A DNA stretch of 64,000 nt from Torpedo marmorata (Eukaryota): NCBI GenBank assembly GCA_977017645.1, contig OZ360230.1, positions 121,086,001 through 121,150,000 on the forward strand, read 5' to 3'. Positions 26,163 through 40,591 of the stretch are shown piece by piece (position 1 is the stretch's first letter; every line of letters starts with the position of its first letter). Below the pieces are notes generated by a model that worked only from the letters and a program-made list of their open reading frames with translations, ran no database searches and was not told where the DNA came from. The position numbers and the translations under genes are program-made.

Positions 26163-28721
26163 CCTCCAATCGGTAGACTCAGGACCGCCGCAGAGACCCA
26201 GTGTTTCCTGTTGCCCCAGAAGAAGTCCACCAACTTCCTCTGGATTCACATGGCAAAGGCAGCAGGTGGGACCAAGGTGACCAACCGGTACCATAACATG
26301 GAGGCCACCAGCTGGTTGATGACCACCACCCTGCCTTGGTAGGAAAGCACCGCAAGGAGACCTGACCAGCGTACCAGCCGGGCAGCGATCTTGGCCTCCA
26401 GATCCTGCCAGTTCACCAGCCAGGTGTCCCCAGTGGGACTCAGGTGAACCCACAAGTAGAAAAGATGCGTGGTGCTCCACGTAAATGGTTTCATCTCCTC
26501 CGGCAGGGATTCCACCCGCCACTGACCCACCAAAAGTCCAGAACATTTAGCCCAATTGATCCTGGCAGAGGACGCAGCAGAGAAGACCTGCTGGCACTCC
26601 CGCATCCTCCGCAGGTCAACGGGGTCGGTCACCATGAGGAGCACGTCATCAGCATAGGCCGAGAGGACGACCTCCATTTCCAGCTCATGTAGAACCATCC
26701 CCGTCAACTTCCTCCGAAGAAGACTCAGGAATGGCTCCACACAGATGGTGTACAACTGGCCAGACATGGGGCATCCCTGACGTACTCCCCTGTGAAAAGG
26801 TATGGGGCAATCAAGGATCCGTTCACTTTGATGAGACACTCTGCGGCAGAGTACAAGAGATGAATCCGGGCAACAAAGTGATGTCCGAACCCAAAAGTCT
26901 GCAGAGTACCCACTAGGTAGCTGTGGTCCACCCTATCAAATGCCTTCTCCTGATCCAGGGAGAGAAAGGCTGCTGATATACCAGTCTCCTGGGACAGATG
27001 GATCAGGTCCTGCACCAGATAGATATTGTTCTGGATGGACCGGTCTGGGACGGTGTATGGTCAGGGTGGACAACCTGCCCCAGCACAGAGCCCAGACGGT
27101 TGGCCAATGCCTGGGCGAAGACCTTGTAGTCCGTGCACAGGAGAGACACCGGCCGCCAGTTCTTCATCAGGCGGTGGTCTCCCTTCTTCGGCAGCAGGAC
27201 CACGACGGCTCTCCGCCACGAGAGGGGCATCTCTCCGGTGGCCAGGCTCTCACCCAGGACACGTGCATAGTCCTCACCCAGGACATCCCAAAAAGCCCGG
27301 AGGAACTCAACAGTCAGGCCGACCAAGCCAGGAGACTTGCCGCTCTTGAGTTGGTGCAGGGCCAGGGACAGCTCACCCGGTGTCAGGGGAGCATCCAACC
27401 TTTCAACTGCCTCCGGATCAACCTTTGGCAGACCCTCCTATAGGACCCTGCGCGCGTCTCCATCTGACGGGTCAGATGAGAACAAGGCTCCATAAAAAGA
27501 GCGGACAGTCAGGAGGATTTCTGCCGGATTTGTGACACAGGAGCCGCTGTCAGACAGCAACTCCACCATCTGCTTCCGTATTCCCCGGCTCTTCTCCAAC
27601 GAGAAGAAGAAAGGTGAGACGCGGTCCAAATCATGGAGTAGTTGGATCCGTGACCTCACGTGCGCACCTCGGGACTGCTTGAGCTGCAGGTTTCTCAACG
27701 CATCCTTCTTCCTCTGGTGCTCCTGCCACAGGAATGGATCCCCAGGGGTCAGACCGAGACGAAACAACAAGTCGAGCACCTCTCAAGCCGCCCGATCTCG
27801 GAGTTCCGGCTCTTGGTCGACCCCCTGATGTACTCCTGACACAGCAGACGAATGTGGGCCTTGCCCACATCCCACCACAGCCGCAGGGAGCAGAATTCCT
27901 CCCACTGCCCCCTCCAGGTGGTCCAGAACTCCCTGAACGAATCCTGGAATCGGTTGTCCTCCAGCAGCTGGTTGTTAAAATGCCAAAACACGGACCCCAC
28001 CTGCGGGCAGGACGGAGTGAAGTCTGCCCAGACGAGATGATGGTCATAGCACGCCACCAGCCGCATGGAGGCAGCCGACACCCGGGAGACATGCGCCCTG
28101 GAGATATACAAACGGTCAATTCGCGAGCCTCCCCCTCCTCCATCCCTCCTTGAGTAAGCACAGGAGTCCGGGTGGAGGTTCCGCCAGACATCGACCATAT
28201 CGAAGGAACCCAGTAGCTCCCTCAGCAGCTTCACCGAGGCTCGGCAAGACCGAGGGCCAAAACGATCCCTGTCCTCGAGGGTGGAGTTAAAATCACCCCC
28301 GAGGATAACACATTCGCCCTGGCTAAAAGAAGCCAGCAGGGCGGACACATCTCGAAACAGGTGCGCCTGTGCCGGGCCGGGCTCCGGGGCGTAAACGTTG
28401 ACAAGGTGCAACGGTACGCCATCCTGGCGCACGGCCAGATGGAGCAGACGGCCTGGCACCAACTGCTGAACCGTAAGGATCTCAAGTTGGAAGGTCGGGG
28501 CCAACAAAATAGCCACCCCGCTCGAAGTGGAGCTGAGGTGACTCATGTATACCCCTCCCTCACCACTCCAGGAGCCAGGTGGATTCGTCTCCTGGACCGG
28601 TGCGTGTCTCCTGCAGGAAACTCACCGCATATCTCCCTCTCCTAAGGACCGAGAGATGGTGGAACCTGCGGAGAGACCCCCTTCCGCCGTTGATGTTCAG
28701 GCTGGTGTCGGTAATCGTCAT
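26163..28721 (-). pseudogene. Tx1 ORF2 (APE+RT), disrupted; extra 4-bp CT-repeat deletion near 27780
   Basis: EN fragment shortened to 265 aa. Confidence 0.92.
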
Positions 28722-30774
28722 GACAAGTCACTGGAGACGCCGTCGCCAGAGACCTGGGTTGAGGGAGAAGAGCTCCTTGCAGAGCCTCCCATCGCTATAA
28801 GTGCCAGCAGCAAGGCCTGCAGGAGCGACTTGAAATTGCGCCGCTCATTCCTGGTCAATACTGACTCTTTCCTCGTCCTTTTAAGGATGTTGTAAATGGA
28901 CTGAACAACCCCAGGAAGATCCGACCAGCGGGCGGAAGCCAACTGGGCTTTATTCTGTCTCCCCCGGGTGTCCTCCAGGAACTCCCTCACCTCCCCCACA
29001 GTGACGACCGTGGACCCAGAACTGGGGACAAAGAGGTCTGCCAGCTCTGCTTCAAAGGAGTCCTCCTCGCCGTATCCCGTATCTTTGTCCTCTTCCAGGC
29101 AAGCACCCCCACTGGCCGACGTGCCCACTCCTGTCCGCGTGGCAGCGAGCAAGGGAGGCACTGACGCCCCTTGATCCAGGACCCCGGGTGTGGCAGGGCT
29201 TGTGCCCCCTACACCACCACTTCCCAGTACAGGTGACTCACAGACTCTCAATGAGTCCGAACGAAGGACACGTGTTGTCTAAGTCGTACCCGCCTCCACA
29301 CCCTGGTCACCCATCTTCACAGAATGAGCCGGTGACCCATGAACTGAGCGGACTGGTGACCCGGGAGCCGTCTGTCCCTCGACAGGACCCCTTGCCTCGA
29401 TAGAGGCCACAAACTGGGCTACCACCCCACCGGGCGACCTTCCTCCTTCAGGTGACCCCTGGATTCTGGGGCTATCTACGTCACCGGGCGTCGCGCACTC
29501 TGGGTGCGTAACCACACCAGACGGTAGGTCCCCTCCCTCCCGCTCAGCGGAATCCCCCACCGGCTCTGGATATGTTTGCTCAGGAAGTGCTGCCCAGAGG
29601 GCAAATCACCACCCTCAAGTGGCCCTGCCGTAACAGGGCCACCCTCTAGCTCCGGGAAGGCACTCTCCGCGCATGCGGCCTTTACCGGGGGTAAATCCCC
29701 TTCCTCAGGTTCCCCCTTTCCCTCTTCTGCGGACACGTGTCTCCTGCGCTTTGTCCCACCTACTTTCTGAGGCACAGAGACTTCCATCTCTGAGGAATCC
29801 TCGGCCTCTGACACCCCATCACCCTCCCCGACTCCCTCAGGCCCCTGTTGACCCCCAGAGACTATAGGGTCCTCTGGGTCGGGCCTGGAGGAAACCGCCA
29901 ACTCCTGCTTCTCCAGAGGAGGGGCTTGGAGGTGTTTCGTCTTCCTCCGTGCCTTCCTCCCCTTTGCAGGAGTCCACCCCTCCCCACTGTCCGGCCCACG
30001 CTCTTCCCCAATGCCCTTTTCCCCCACCGCAGGAGGGACATCTCCCCCGGGGGGAGAAACAGCTGGAGGGGGGACAGCAGAAGAAGGGCCAGCTGCGCCT
30101 CCTCGCACCGTCGAGGTGGAGGCAACAGCCCGCCGGTTAGGGCAATCCCTCCGAATGTGCCCATACCCCTTGCATTCCCGGCACCTCGGACGCCCCGTGG
30201 CCCAGTACACGGGATAAGTATTCCCCTCCACGTCCACCTGGAACTGCCCCTCAGCATCCCCTCCCCGCGCCAACTGCATAAAAACGAGCCTTTTAAAGCC
30301 ATACAATGACTTATAGCCAGGTATGGCAGGCTTACGCAGCATTGGGGTGATATCCGATTTTATATCCCCCAGAGATTGCAGGTGAGGGAGAATGGCTGTA
30401 TCAGGAATATGGGGATACACGGCAGACAGGACCACCTTCTGCACGCGGGCCATCACTGGCTTCACCGGTATGAAGAGCCCTCCCACCGACAGCCCCTTAG
30501 TCAGGGCCAGGGACACCTTTTTAGTGGACCGCAAGAAAAACATTGTCTTCCCGTGAATTTTATCTACCGCAACGATACCCTCCTTCCCACCTATAGTCTG
30601 AGACAGAGCTTTTAAACCGCCTTCCAGACCGATGGACGGAGGTATATTACATTGTACGGCATTTTCCAAAGTCATTAATCTGAAGGGTGACACCTTTGCA
30701 GGAGCCCCACCTCCAGGAGCTGCAACTGCTGCGTAGGTCCGAGGGGCTGCCATCTTAGAGCGGCAGCTCGCCAT
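28718..30774 (-). pseudogene. Tx1 ORF1, disrupted
   Basis: 432-aa frameshifted ORF with CCHC knuckle. Confidence 0.9.
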
Positions 30775-31413
30775 GATGAAAGTCCTAGGCAGTCAGTAAT
30801 TATCGCACCTGCTGATATGAAACACTGTCCTTCTACCAGCGGAGCACACAATTAATCAGTTTTCCAAATGTTTAGCAGTGCAGGGAAGGGAGTATGGTGG
30901 GAGTTTCCACAGGAATGTCTGTGCACTGATGACTGCAACGCTCTTCTTCTCGAGCGCAGGGTATATATCCTCCTCCGAGTCAGCCCGATTCTTCTGCAGC
31001 CTCACGAGTCCCAGGAACCGTTGATGATCTGTGTTCCCCAGTCGTCCTGAGCGAAGGTCCTCGGTTGGGACTGGGCTTTCCGATGATAAGGACCCAACTC
31101 CCACTGAAGTCCAGAAATGGCTTTGGCAATCTGCCAGCTACTGCTGCTCCACAGCACTCAGGCACAGTCAAAGACCTTGTAGTGCAAAATCTTCTTTCTT
31201 CCTCCAAAAACGACCACCGCTGGGATGAGAATGCACTCCCACACTTTTCAGCGACCTCTGCACTTGCACTTATCAATTTTGAAAACAATAAATTCTTGGT
31301 CAACGATAGAGCTCAGGCAGTACCGCCGCTCCCACAGTGCGACCCTTCCTTCATAACGGCCCTCCCTTCATAACGACCCTTCCTTCATAACGGCTCTTCT
31401 TTCATAACGGCCC

Positions 31414-32038
31414 TTTTTTTTAAAATTAAACATTCCATATTTATTTTATAAACAACGTAACTTTACATGAAAACAATGTTACTTGTTCCTTTTTGTGCAA
31501 CATAGAATTAAAAAGATGGTGCATAAAAACTAAAATCCTTGGCATCAAAGCAATACTGAAGACGAGATGTTGCACAGGACAAAAACTTTAATTGCCTTTA
31601 ATTAATATTAAACTATATCATCCTTCACAGTAATGGTCTTTAAAAGGAGGTTGAATGTAGCATCCAAAAGTCATCAAGGTTTTAGATGCTCAGCCCAAAG
31701 ACAGTGAGGATACAATACATCTCACAGTACAGCTTCCATCAGAATTGTTGTCCCAGTAACAGGAACTTGCTGAGAGCAGACCAGCTCCATTCTTCTGCAT
31801 TATCACAGATGTCACAATGTATTTGAACGGTTTGCCTAGTTTGTTGAGTTGACTGAGACAGAGATCCACCACACTAGTTGTCCACTTGTTAACTGCTTGG
31901 TTGATACGCATTTCCACCAATTGTAGTCTCTATTGAATCCTTAACAACACCACTGACTTCAACAATAAATTTAGTCTATAAAAGAAATGGCACAGATTAG
32001 TTTTAGTCTTGGAAAGCTTTTGTACGTGGTAGAGATGC
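31414..32038 (-). pseudogene. DYNLT1: DYNLT1 retrocopy, frameshifted
   Basis: Near-identical to 1736-2360. Confidence 0.92.
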
Positions 32039-32095
32039 ACGGCCCTTTGCTTCATAATGGCCCTTCCTTCATAACGGCCTTTCATAATGACCCTT

Positions 32096-34658
32096 CCTCC
32101 AATCGGTAGACTCAGGACCGCCGCAGAGACCCAGTGTTTCCTGTTGCCCCAGAAGAAGTCCACCAACTTCCTCTGGATTCACATGGCAAAGGCAGCAGGT
32201 GGGACCAAGGTGACCAACCGGTACCATAACATGGAGGCCACCAGCTGGTTGATGACCACCACCCTGCCTTGGTAGGAAAGCACCGCAAGGAGACCTGACC
32301 AGCGTACCAGCCGGGCAGCGATCTTGGCCTCCAGATCCTGCCAGTTCACCAGCCAGGTGTCCCCAGTGGGACTCAGGTGAACCCACAAGTAGAAAAGATG
32401 CGTGGTGCTCCACGTAAATGGTTTCATCTCCTCCGGCAGGGATTCCACCCGCCACTAACCCACCAAAAGTCCAGAACATTTAGCCCAATTGATCCTGGCA
32501 GAGGACGCAGCAGAGAAGACCTGCTGGCACTCCCGCATCCTCCGCAGGTCAACGGGGTCGGTCACCATGAGGAGCACGTCATCAGCATAGGCCGAGAGGA
32601 CGACCTCCATTTCCAGCTCACGTAGAACCATCCCCGTGAACTTCCTCCGAAGAAGACTCAGGAATGGCTCCACACAGATGGTGTACAACTGGCCAGACAT
32701 GGGGCATCCCTGACGTACTCCCCTGTGAAAAGGTATGGGGCAATCAAGGATCCGTTCACTTTGATGAGACACTCTGCGGCAGAGTACAAGAGATGAATCC
32801 GGGCAACAAAGTGATGTCCGAACCCAAAAGTCTGCAGAGTACCCACTAGGTAGCTGTGGTCCACCCTATCAAACGCCTTCTCCTGATCCAGGGAGAGAAA
32901 GGCTGCTGATATACCAGTCTCCTGGGACAGATGGATCAGGTCCTGCACCAGATAGATATTGTTCTGGATGGACCGGTCTGGGACGGTGTATGGTCAGGGT
33001 GGACAACCTGCCCCAGCACAGAGCCCAGACGGTTGGCCAATGCCTGGGCGAAGACCTTGTAGTCCGTGCACAGGAGAGACACCGGCCGCCAGTTCTTCAA
33101 CAGGCGGTGGTCTCCCTTCCTCGGCAGCAGGACCACGACGGCTCTCCGCCACGAGAGGGGCATCTCTCCGGTGGCCAGGCTCTCACCCAGGACACGTGCA
33201 TAGTCCTCACCCAGGACATCCCAAAAAGCCCGGAGGAACTCAACAGTCAGGCCGACCAAGCCAGGAGACTTGCCGCTCTTGAGTTGGTGCAGGGCCAGGG
33301 ACAGCTCACCCGGTGTCAGGGGAGCATCCAACCTTTCAACTGCCTCCGGATCAACCTTTGGCAGACCCTCCTATAGGACCCTGCGCGCGTCTCCATCTGA
33401 CGGGTCAGATGAGAACAAGGCTCCATAAAAAGAGCGGACAGTCAGGAGGATTTCTGCCGGATTTGTGACACAGGAGCCGCTGTCAGACAGCAACTCCACC
33501 ATCTGCTTCCGTATTCCCCGGCTCTTCTCCAACGAGAAGAAGAAAGGTGAGACGCGGTCCAAATCATGGAGTAGTTGGATCCGTGACCTCACGTGCGCAC
33601 CACGGGACTGCTTGAGCTGCAGGTTTCTCAACGCATCCTTCTTCCTCTGGTGCTCCTGCCACAGGAATGGATCCCCAGGGGTCAGACCGAGACGAAACAA
33701 CAAGTCGAGCACCTCTCTCTCAAGCCGCCCGATCTCGGAGTTCCGGCTCTTGGTCGACCCCCTGATGTACTCCTGACACAGCAGACGAATGTGGGCCTTG
33801 CCCACATCCCACCACAGCCGCAGGGAGCAGAATTCCTCCCACTGCCCCCTCCAGGTGGTCCAGAACTCCCTGAACGAATCCTGGAATCGGTTGTCCTCCA
33901 GCAGCTGGTTGTTAAAATGCCAAAACACGGACCCCACCTGCGGGCAGGACGGAGTGAAGTCTGCCCAGACGAGATGATGGTCATAGCACGCCACCAGCCG
34001 CATGGAGGCAGCCGACACCCGGGAGACATGCGCCCTGGAGATATACAAACGGTCAATTCGCGAGCCTCCCCCTCCTCCATCCCTCCTTGAGTAAGCACAG
34101 GAGTCCGGGTGGAGGTTCCGCCAGACATCGACCATATCGAAGGAACCCAGTAGCTCCCTCAGCAGCTTCACCGAGGCTCGGCAAGACCGAGGGCCAAAAC
34201 GATCCCTGTCCTCGAGGGTGGAGTTAAAATCACCCCCGAGGATAACACATTCGCCCTGGCTAAAAGAAGCCAGCAGGGCGGACACATCTCGAAACAGGTG
34301 CGCCTGTGCCGGGCCGGGCTCCGGGGCGTAAACGTTGACAAGGTGCAACGGTACGCCATCCTGGCGCACGGCCAGATGGAGCAGACGGCCTGGCACCAAC
34401 TGCTGAACCGTAAGGATCTCAAGTTGGAAGGTCGGGGCCAACAAAATAGCCACCCCGCTCGAAGTGGAGCTGAGGTGACTCATGTATACCCCTCCCTCAC
34501 CACTCCAGGAGCCAGGTGGATTCGTCTCCTGGACCGGTGCGTGTCTCCTGCAGGAAACTCACCGCATATCTCCCTCTCCTAAGGACCGAGAGATGGTGGA
34601 ACCTGCGGAGAGACCCCCTTCCGCCGTTGATGTTCAGGCTGGTGTCGGTAATCGTCAT
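32096..34658 (-). pseudogene. Tx1 ORF2 (APE+RT), disrupted; extra stop at 32455
   Basis: EN and RT motifs in fragments. Confidence 0.92.
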
Positions 34659-36711
34659 GACAAGTCACTGGAGACGCCGTCGCCAGAGACCTGGGTTGAG
34701 GGAGAAGAGCTCCTTGCAGAGCCTCCCATCGCTATAAGTGCCAGCAGCAAGGCCTGCAGGAGCGACTTGAAATTGCGCCGCTCATTCCTGGTCAATACTG
34801 ACTCTTTCCTCGTCCTTTTAAGGATGTTGTAAATGGACTGAACAACCCCAGGAAGATCCGACCAGCGGGCGGAAGCCAACTGGGCTTTATTCTGTCTCCC
34901 CCGGGTGTCCTCCAGGAACTCCCTCACCTCCCCCACAGTGACGACCGTGGACCCAGAACTGGGGACAAAGAGGTCTGCCAGCTCTGCTTCAAAGGAGTCC
35001 TCCTCGCCGTATCCCGTATCTTTGTCCTCTTCCAGGCAAGCACCCCCACTGGCCGACGTGCCCACTCCTGTCCGCGTGGCAGCGAGCAAGGGAGGCACTG
35101 ACGCCCCTTGATCCAGGACCCCGGGTGTGGCAGGGCTTGTGCCCCCTACACCACCACTTCCCAGTACAGGTGACTCACAGACTCTCAATGAGTCCGAACG
35201 AAGGACACGTGTTGTCTAAGTCGTACCCGCCTCCACACCCTGGTCACCCATCTTCACAGAATGAGCCGGTGACCCATGAACTGAGCGGACTGGTGACCCG
35301 GGAGCCGTCTGTCCCTCGACAGGACCCCTTGCCTCGATAGAGGCCACAAACTGGGCTACCACCCCACCGGGCGACCTTCCTCCTTCAGGTGACCCCTGGA
35401 TTCTGGGGCTATCTACGTCACCGGGCGTCGCGCACTCTGGGTGCGTAACCACACCAGACGGTAGGTCCCCTCCCTCCCGCTCAGCGGAATCCCCCACCGG
35501 CTCTGGATATGTTTGCTCAGGAAGTGCTGCCCAGAGGGCAAATCACCACCCTCAAGTGGCCCTGCCGTAACAGGGCCACCCTCTAGCTCCGGGAAGGCAC
35601 TCTCCGCGCATGCGGCCTTTACCGGGGGTAAATCCCCTTCCTCAGGTTCCCCCTTTCCCTCTTCTGCGGACACGTGTCTCCTGCGCTTTGTCCCACCTAC
35701 TTTCTGAGGCACAGAGACTTCCATCTCTGAGGAATCCTCGGCCTCTGACACCCCATCACCCTCCCCGACTCCCTCAGGCCCCTGTTGACCCCCAGAGACT
35801 ATAGGGTCCTCTGGGTCGGGCCTGGAGGAAACCGCCGACTCCTGCTTCTCCAGAGGAGGGGCTTGGAGGTGTTTCGTCTTCCTCCGTGCCTTCCTCCCCT
35901 TTGCAGGAGTCCACCCCTCCCCACTGTCCGGCCCACGCTCTTCCCCAATGCCCTTTTCCCCCACCGCAGGAGGGACATCTCCCCCGAGGGGAGAAACAGC
36001 TGGAGGGGGGACAGCAGAAGAAGGGCCAGCTGCGCCTCCTCGCACCGTCGAGGTGGAGGCAACAGCCCGCCGGTTAGGGCAATCCCTCCGAATGTGCCCA
36101 TACCCCTAGCATTCCCGGCACCTCGGACGCCCCGTGGCCCAGTACACGGGATAAGTATTCCCCTCCACGTCCACCTGGAACTGCCCCTCAGCATCCCCTC
36201 CCCGCGCCAACTGCATAAAAACGAGCCTTTTAAAGCCATACAATGACTTATAGCCAGGTATGGCAGGCTTACGCAGCATTGGGGTGATATCCGATTTTAT
36301 ATCCCCCAGAGATTGCAGGTGAGGGAGAATGGCTGTATCAGGAATATGGGGATACACGGCAGACAGGACCACCATCTGCACGCGGGCCATCACTGGCTTC
36401 ACCGGTATGAAGAGCCCTCCCACCGACAGCCCCATAGTCAGGGCCAGGGACACCTTTTTAGTGGACCGCAAGAAAAACATTGTCTTCCCGTGAATTTTAT
36501 CTACCGCAACGATACCCTCCTTCCCACCTATAGTCTGAGACAGAGCTTTTAAACCGCCTTCCAGACCGATGGACGGAGGTATATTACATTGTACGGCATT
36601 TTCCAAAGTCATTAATCTGAAGGGTGACACCTTTGCAGGAGCCCCACCTCCAGGAGCTGCAACTGCTGCGTAGGTCCGAGGGGCTGCCATCTTAGAGCGG
36701 CAGCTCGCCAT
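34655..36711 (-). pseudogene. Tx1 ORF1, stop inside the zinc knuckle (CREC*)
   Basis: 201-aa ORF ending at 36106. Confidence 0.9.
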
Positions 36712-37347
36712 GATGAAAGTCCTAGGCAGTCAGTAATTATCGCACCTGCTGATATGAAACACTGTCCTTCTACCAGCGGAGCACACAATTAATCAGTTTT
36801 CCAAAAGTTTAGCAGTGCAGGGAAGGGAGTATGGTGGGAGTTTCCACAGGAATGTCTGTGCACTGATGACTGCAACGCTCTTCTTCTCGAGCGCAGGGTA
36901 TATATCCTCCTCCGAGTCAGCCCGATTCTTCTGCAGCCTCACGAGTCCCAGGAACCGTTGATGATCTGTGTTCCCCGGTCGTCCTGAGCGAAGGTCCTCG
37001 GTTGGGACTGGGCTTTCCGATGATAAGGACCCAACTCCCACTGAAGTCCAGAAATGGCTTTGGCAATCTGCCAGCTACTGCTGCTCCACAGCACTCAGGC
37101 ACAGTCAAAGACCTTGCAGTGCAAAATCTTTCTTCCTCCAAAAACGACCACCGCTGGGATGAGAATGCACTCCCACACTTTTCAGCGACCTCTGCACTTG
37201 CACTTATCAATTTTGAAAACAATAAATTCTTGGTCAACGATAGAGCTCAGGCAGTACCGCCGCTCCCACAGTGCGACCCTTCCTTCATAACGGCCCTCCC
37301 TTCATAACGACCCTTCCTTCATAACGGCTCTTCTTTCATAACGGCCC

Positions 37348-37972
37348 TTTTTTTAAAAATTAAACATTCCATATTTATTTTATAAACAACGTAACTTTAC
37401 ATGAAAACAATGTTACTTGTTCCTTTTTGTGCAACATAGAATTAAAAAAATGGTGCATAAAAACTAAAATCCTTGGCATCAAAGCAATACTGAAGACGAG
37501 ATGTTGCACAGGACAAAAACTTTAATTGCCTTTAATTAATATTAAACTATTTCATCCTTCACAGTAATGGTCTTTAAAAGGAGGTTGAATGTAGCATCCA
37601 GAAGTCATCAAGGTTTTAGATGCTCAGCCCAAAGACAGTGAGGATACAATACATCTCACAGTACAGCTTCCATCAGAATTGTTGTCCCAGTAACAGGAAC
37701 TTGCTGAGAGCAGACCAGCTCCATTCTTCTGCATTATCACAGATGTCACAATGTATTTGAACGGTTTGCCTAGTTTGTTGAGTTGACTGAGACAGAGATC
37801 CACCACACTTGTTGTCCACTGGTTAACTGCTTGGTTGATACGCATTTCCACCAATTGTAGTCTCTATTGAATCCTTAACAATACCACTGACTTCAACAAT
37901 AAATTTAGTCTATAAAAGAAATGGCACAGATTAGTTTTAGTCTTGGAAAGCTTTTGTACGTGGTAGAGATGC
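37348..37972 (-). pseudogene. DYNLT1: DYNLT1 retrocopy, frameshifted
   Basis: Near-identical to 1736-2360. Confidence 0.92.
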
Positions 37973-38029
37973 ACGGCCCTTTGCTTCATAACGGCCCTTC
38001 CTTCATAACGGCCTTTCATAACGACCCTT

Positions 38030-40591
38030 CCTCCAATCGGTAGACTCAGGACCGCCGCAGAGACCCAGTGTTTCCTGTTGCCCCAGAAGAAGTCCACCAA
38101 CTTCCTCTGGATTCACATGGCAAAGGCAGCAGGTGGGACCAAGGTGACCAACCGGTACCATAACATGGAGGCCACCAGCTGGTTGATGACCACCACCCTG
38201 CCTTGGTAGGAAAGCACCGCAAGGAGACCTGACCAGCGTACCAGCCGGGCAGCGATCTTGGCCTCCAGATCCTGCCAGTTCACCAGCCAGGTGTCCCCAG
38301 TGGGACTCAGGTGAACCCACAAGTAGAAAAGATGCGTGGTGCTCCACGTAAATGGTTTCATCTCCTCCGGCAGGGATTCCACCCGCCACTGACCCACCAA
38401 AAGTCCAGAACATTTAGCCCAATTGATCCTGGCAGAGGACGCAGCAGAGAAGACCTGCTGGCACTCCCGCATCCTCCGCAGGTCAACGGGGTCGGTCACC
38501 ATGAGGAGCACGTCATCAGCATAGGCCGAGAGGACGACCTCCATTTCCAGCTCATGTAGAACCATCCCCGTCAACTTCCTCCGAAGAAGACTCAGGAATG
38601 GCTCCACACAGATGGTGTACAACTGGCCAGACATGGGGCATCCCTGACGTACTCCCCTGTGAAAAGGTATGGGGCAATCAAGGATCCGTTCACTTTGATG
38701 AGACACTCTGCGGCAGAGTACAAGAGATGAATCCGGGCAACAAAGTGATGTCCGAACCCAAAAGTCTGCAGAGTACCCACTAGGTAGCTGTGGTCCACCC
38801 TATCAAACGCCTTCTCCTGATCCAGGGAGAGAAAGGCTGCTGATATACCAGTCTCCTGGGACAGATGGATCAGGTCCTGCACCAGATAGATATTGTTCTG
38901 GATGGACCGGTCTGGGACGGTGTATGGTCAGGGTGGACAACCTGCCCCAGCACAGAGCCCAGACGGTTGGCCAATGCCTGGGCGAAGACCTTGTAGTCCG
39001 TGCACAGGAGAGACACCGGCCGCCAGTTCTTCATCAGGCGGTGGTCTCCCTTCTTCGGCAGCAGGACCACGACGGCTCTCCGCCACGAGAGGGGCATCTC
39101 TCCGGTGGCCAGGCTCTCACCCAGGACACGTGCATAGTCCTCATCCAGGACATCCCAAAAAGCCCGGAGGAACTCAACAGTCAGGCCGACCAAGCCAGGA
39201 GACTTGCCGCTCTTGAGTTGGTGCAGGGCCAGGGACAGCTCACCCGGTGTCAGGGGAGCATCCAACCTTTCAACTGCCTCCGGATCAACCTTTGGCAGAC
39301 CCTCCTATAGGACCCTGCTCGCGTCTCCATCTGACGGGTCAGATGAGAACAAGGCTCCATAAAAAGAGCGGACAGTCAGGAGGATTTCTGCCGGATTTGT
39401 GACACAGGAGCCGCTGTCAGACAGCAACTCCACCATCTGCTTCCGTATTCCCCGGCTCTTCTCCAACGAGAAGAAGAAAGGTGAGACGCGGTCCAAATCA
39501 TGGAGTAGTTAGATCCGTGACCTCACGTGCGCACCTCGGGACTGCTTGAGCTGCAGGTTTCTCAACGCATCCTTCTTCCTCTGGTGCTCCTGCCACAGGA
39601 ATGGATCCCCAGGGGTCAGACCGAGACGAAACAACAAGTCGAGCACCTCTCTCTCAAGCCGCCCGATCTCGGAGTTCCGGCTCTTGGTCGACCCCCTGAT
39701 GTACTCCTGACACAGCAGACGAATGTGGGCCTTGCCCACATCCCACCACAGCCGCAGGGAGCAGAATTCCTCCCACTGCCCCCTCCAGGTGGTCCAGAAC
39801 TCCCTGAACGAATCCTGGAATCGGTTGTCCTCCAGCAGCTGGTTGTTAAAATGCCAAAACACGGACCCCACCTGCGGGCAGGACGGAGTGAAGTCTGCCC
39901 AGACGAGATGATGGTCATAGCACGCCACCAGCCGCATGGAGGCAGCCAACACCCGGTAGACATGCGCCCTGGAGATATACAAACGGTCAATTCGCGAGCC
40001 TCCCCCTCCTCCATCCCTCCTTGAGTAAGCACAGGAGTCCGGGTGGAGGTTCCGCCAGACATCGACCATATCGAAGGAACCCACTAGCTCCCTCAGCAGC
40101 TTCACCGAGGCTCGGCAAGACCGAGGGCCAAAACGATCCCTGTCCTCGAGGGTGGAGTTAAAATCACCCCCGAGGATAACACATTCGCCCTGGCTAAAAG
40201 AAGCCAGCAGGGCGGACACATCTCGAAACAGGTGCGCCTGTGCCGGGCCGGGCTCCGGGGCGTAAACGTTGACAAGGTGCAACGGTACGCCATCCTGGCG
40301 CACGGCCAGATGGAGCAGACGGCCTGGCACCAACTCCTGAACCGTAAGGATCTCAAGTTGGAAGGTCGGGGCCAACAAAATAGCCACCCCGCTCGAAGTG
40401 GAGCTGAGGTGACTCATGTATACCCCTCCCTCACCACTCCAGGAGCCAGGTGGATTCGTCTCCTGGACCGGTGCGTGTCTCCTGCAGGAAACTACCGCAT
40501 ATCTCCCTCTCCTAAGGACCGAGAGATGGTGGAACCTGCGGAGAGACCCCCTTCCGCCGTTGATGTTCAGGCTGGTGTCGGTAATCGTCAT
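38030..40591 (-). pseudogene. Tx1 ORF2 (APE+RT), disrupted
   Basis: 360-aa ORF from the native ATG (compensating frameshifts), stop at 39509, further RT fragments. Confidence 0.92.

Larger units (their letters stand above)
26163..31339 (-). mobile_element. Tx1-clade retrotransposon, 3'-truncated (copy 5)
   Basis: Near-identical to copy 1. Confidence 0.93.
32096..37273 (-). mobile_element. Tx1-clade retrotransposon, 3'-truncated (copy 6)
   Basis: Shares private lesions with copy 4. Confidence 0.93.

Noticed and set aside
39509-40591. Restored endonuclease ORF in copy 7
   Set aside because: Compensating frameshifts scramble the catalytic LQET motif and a new stop precedes the RT.
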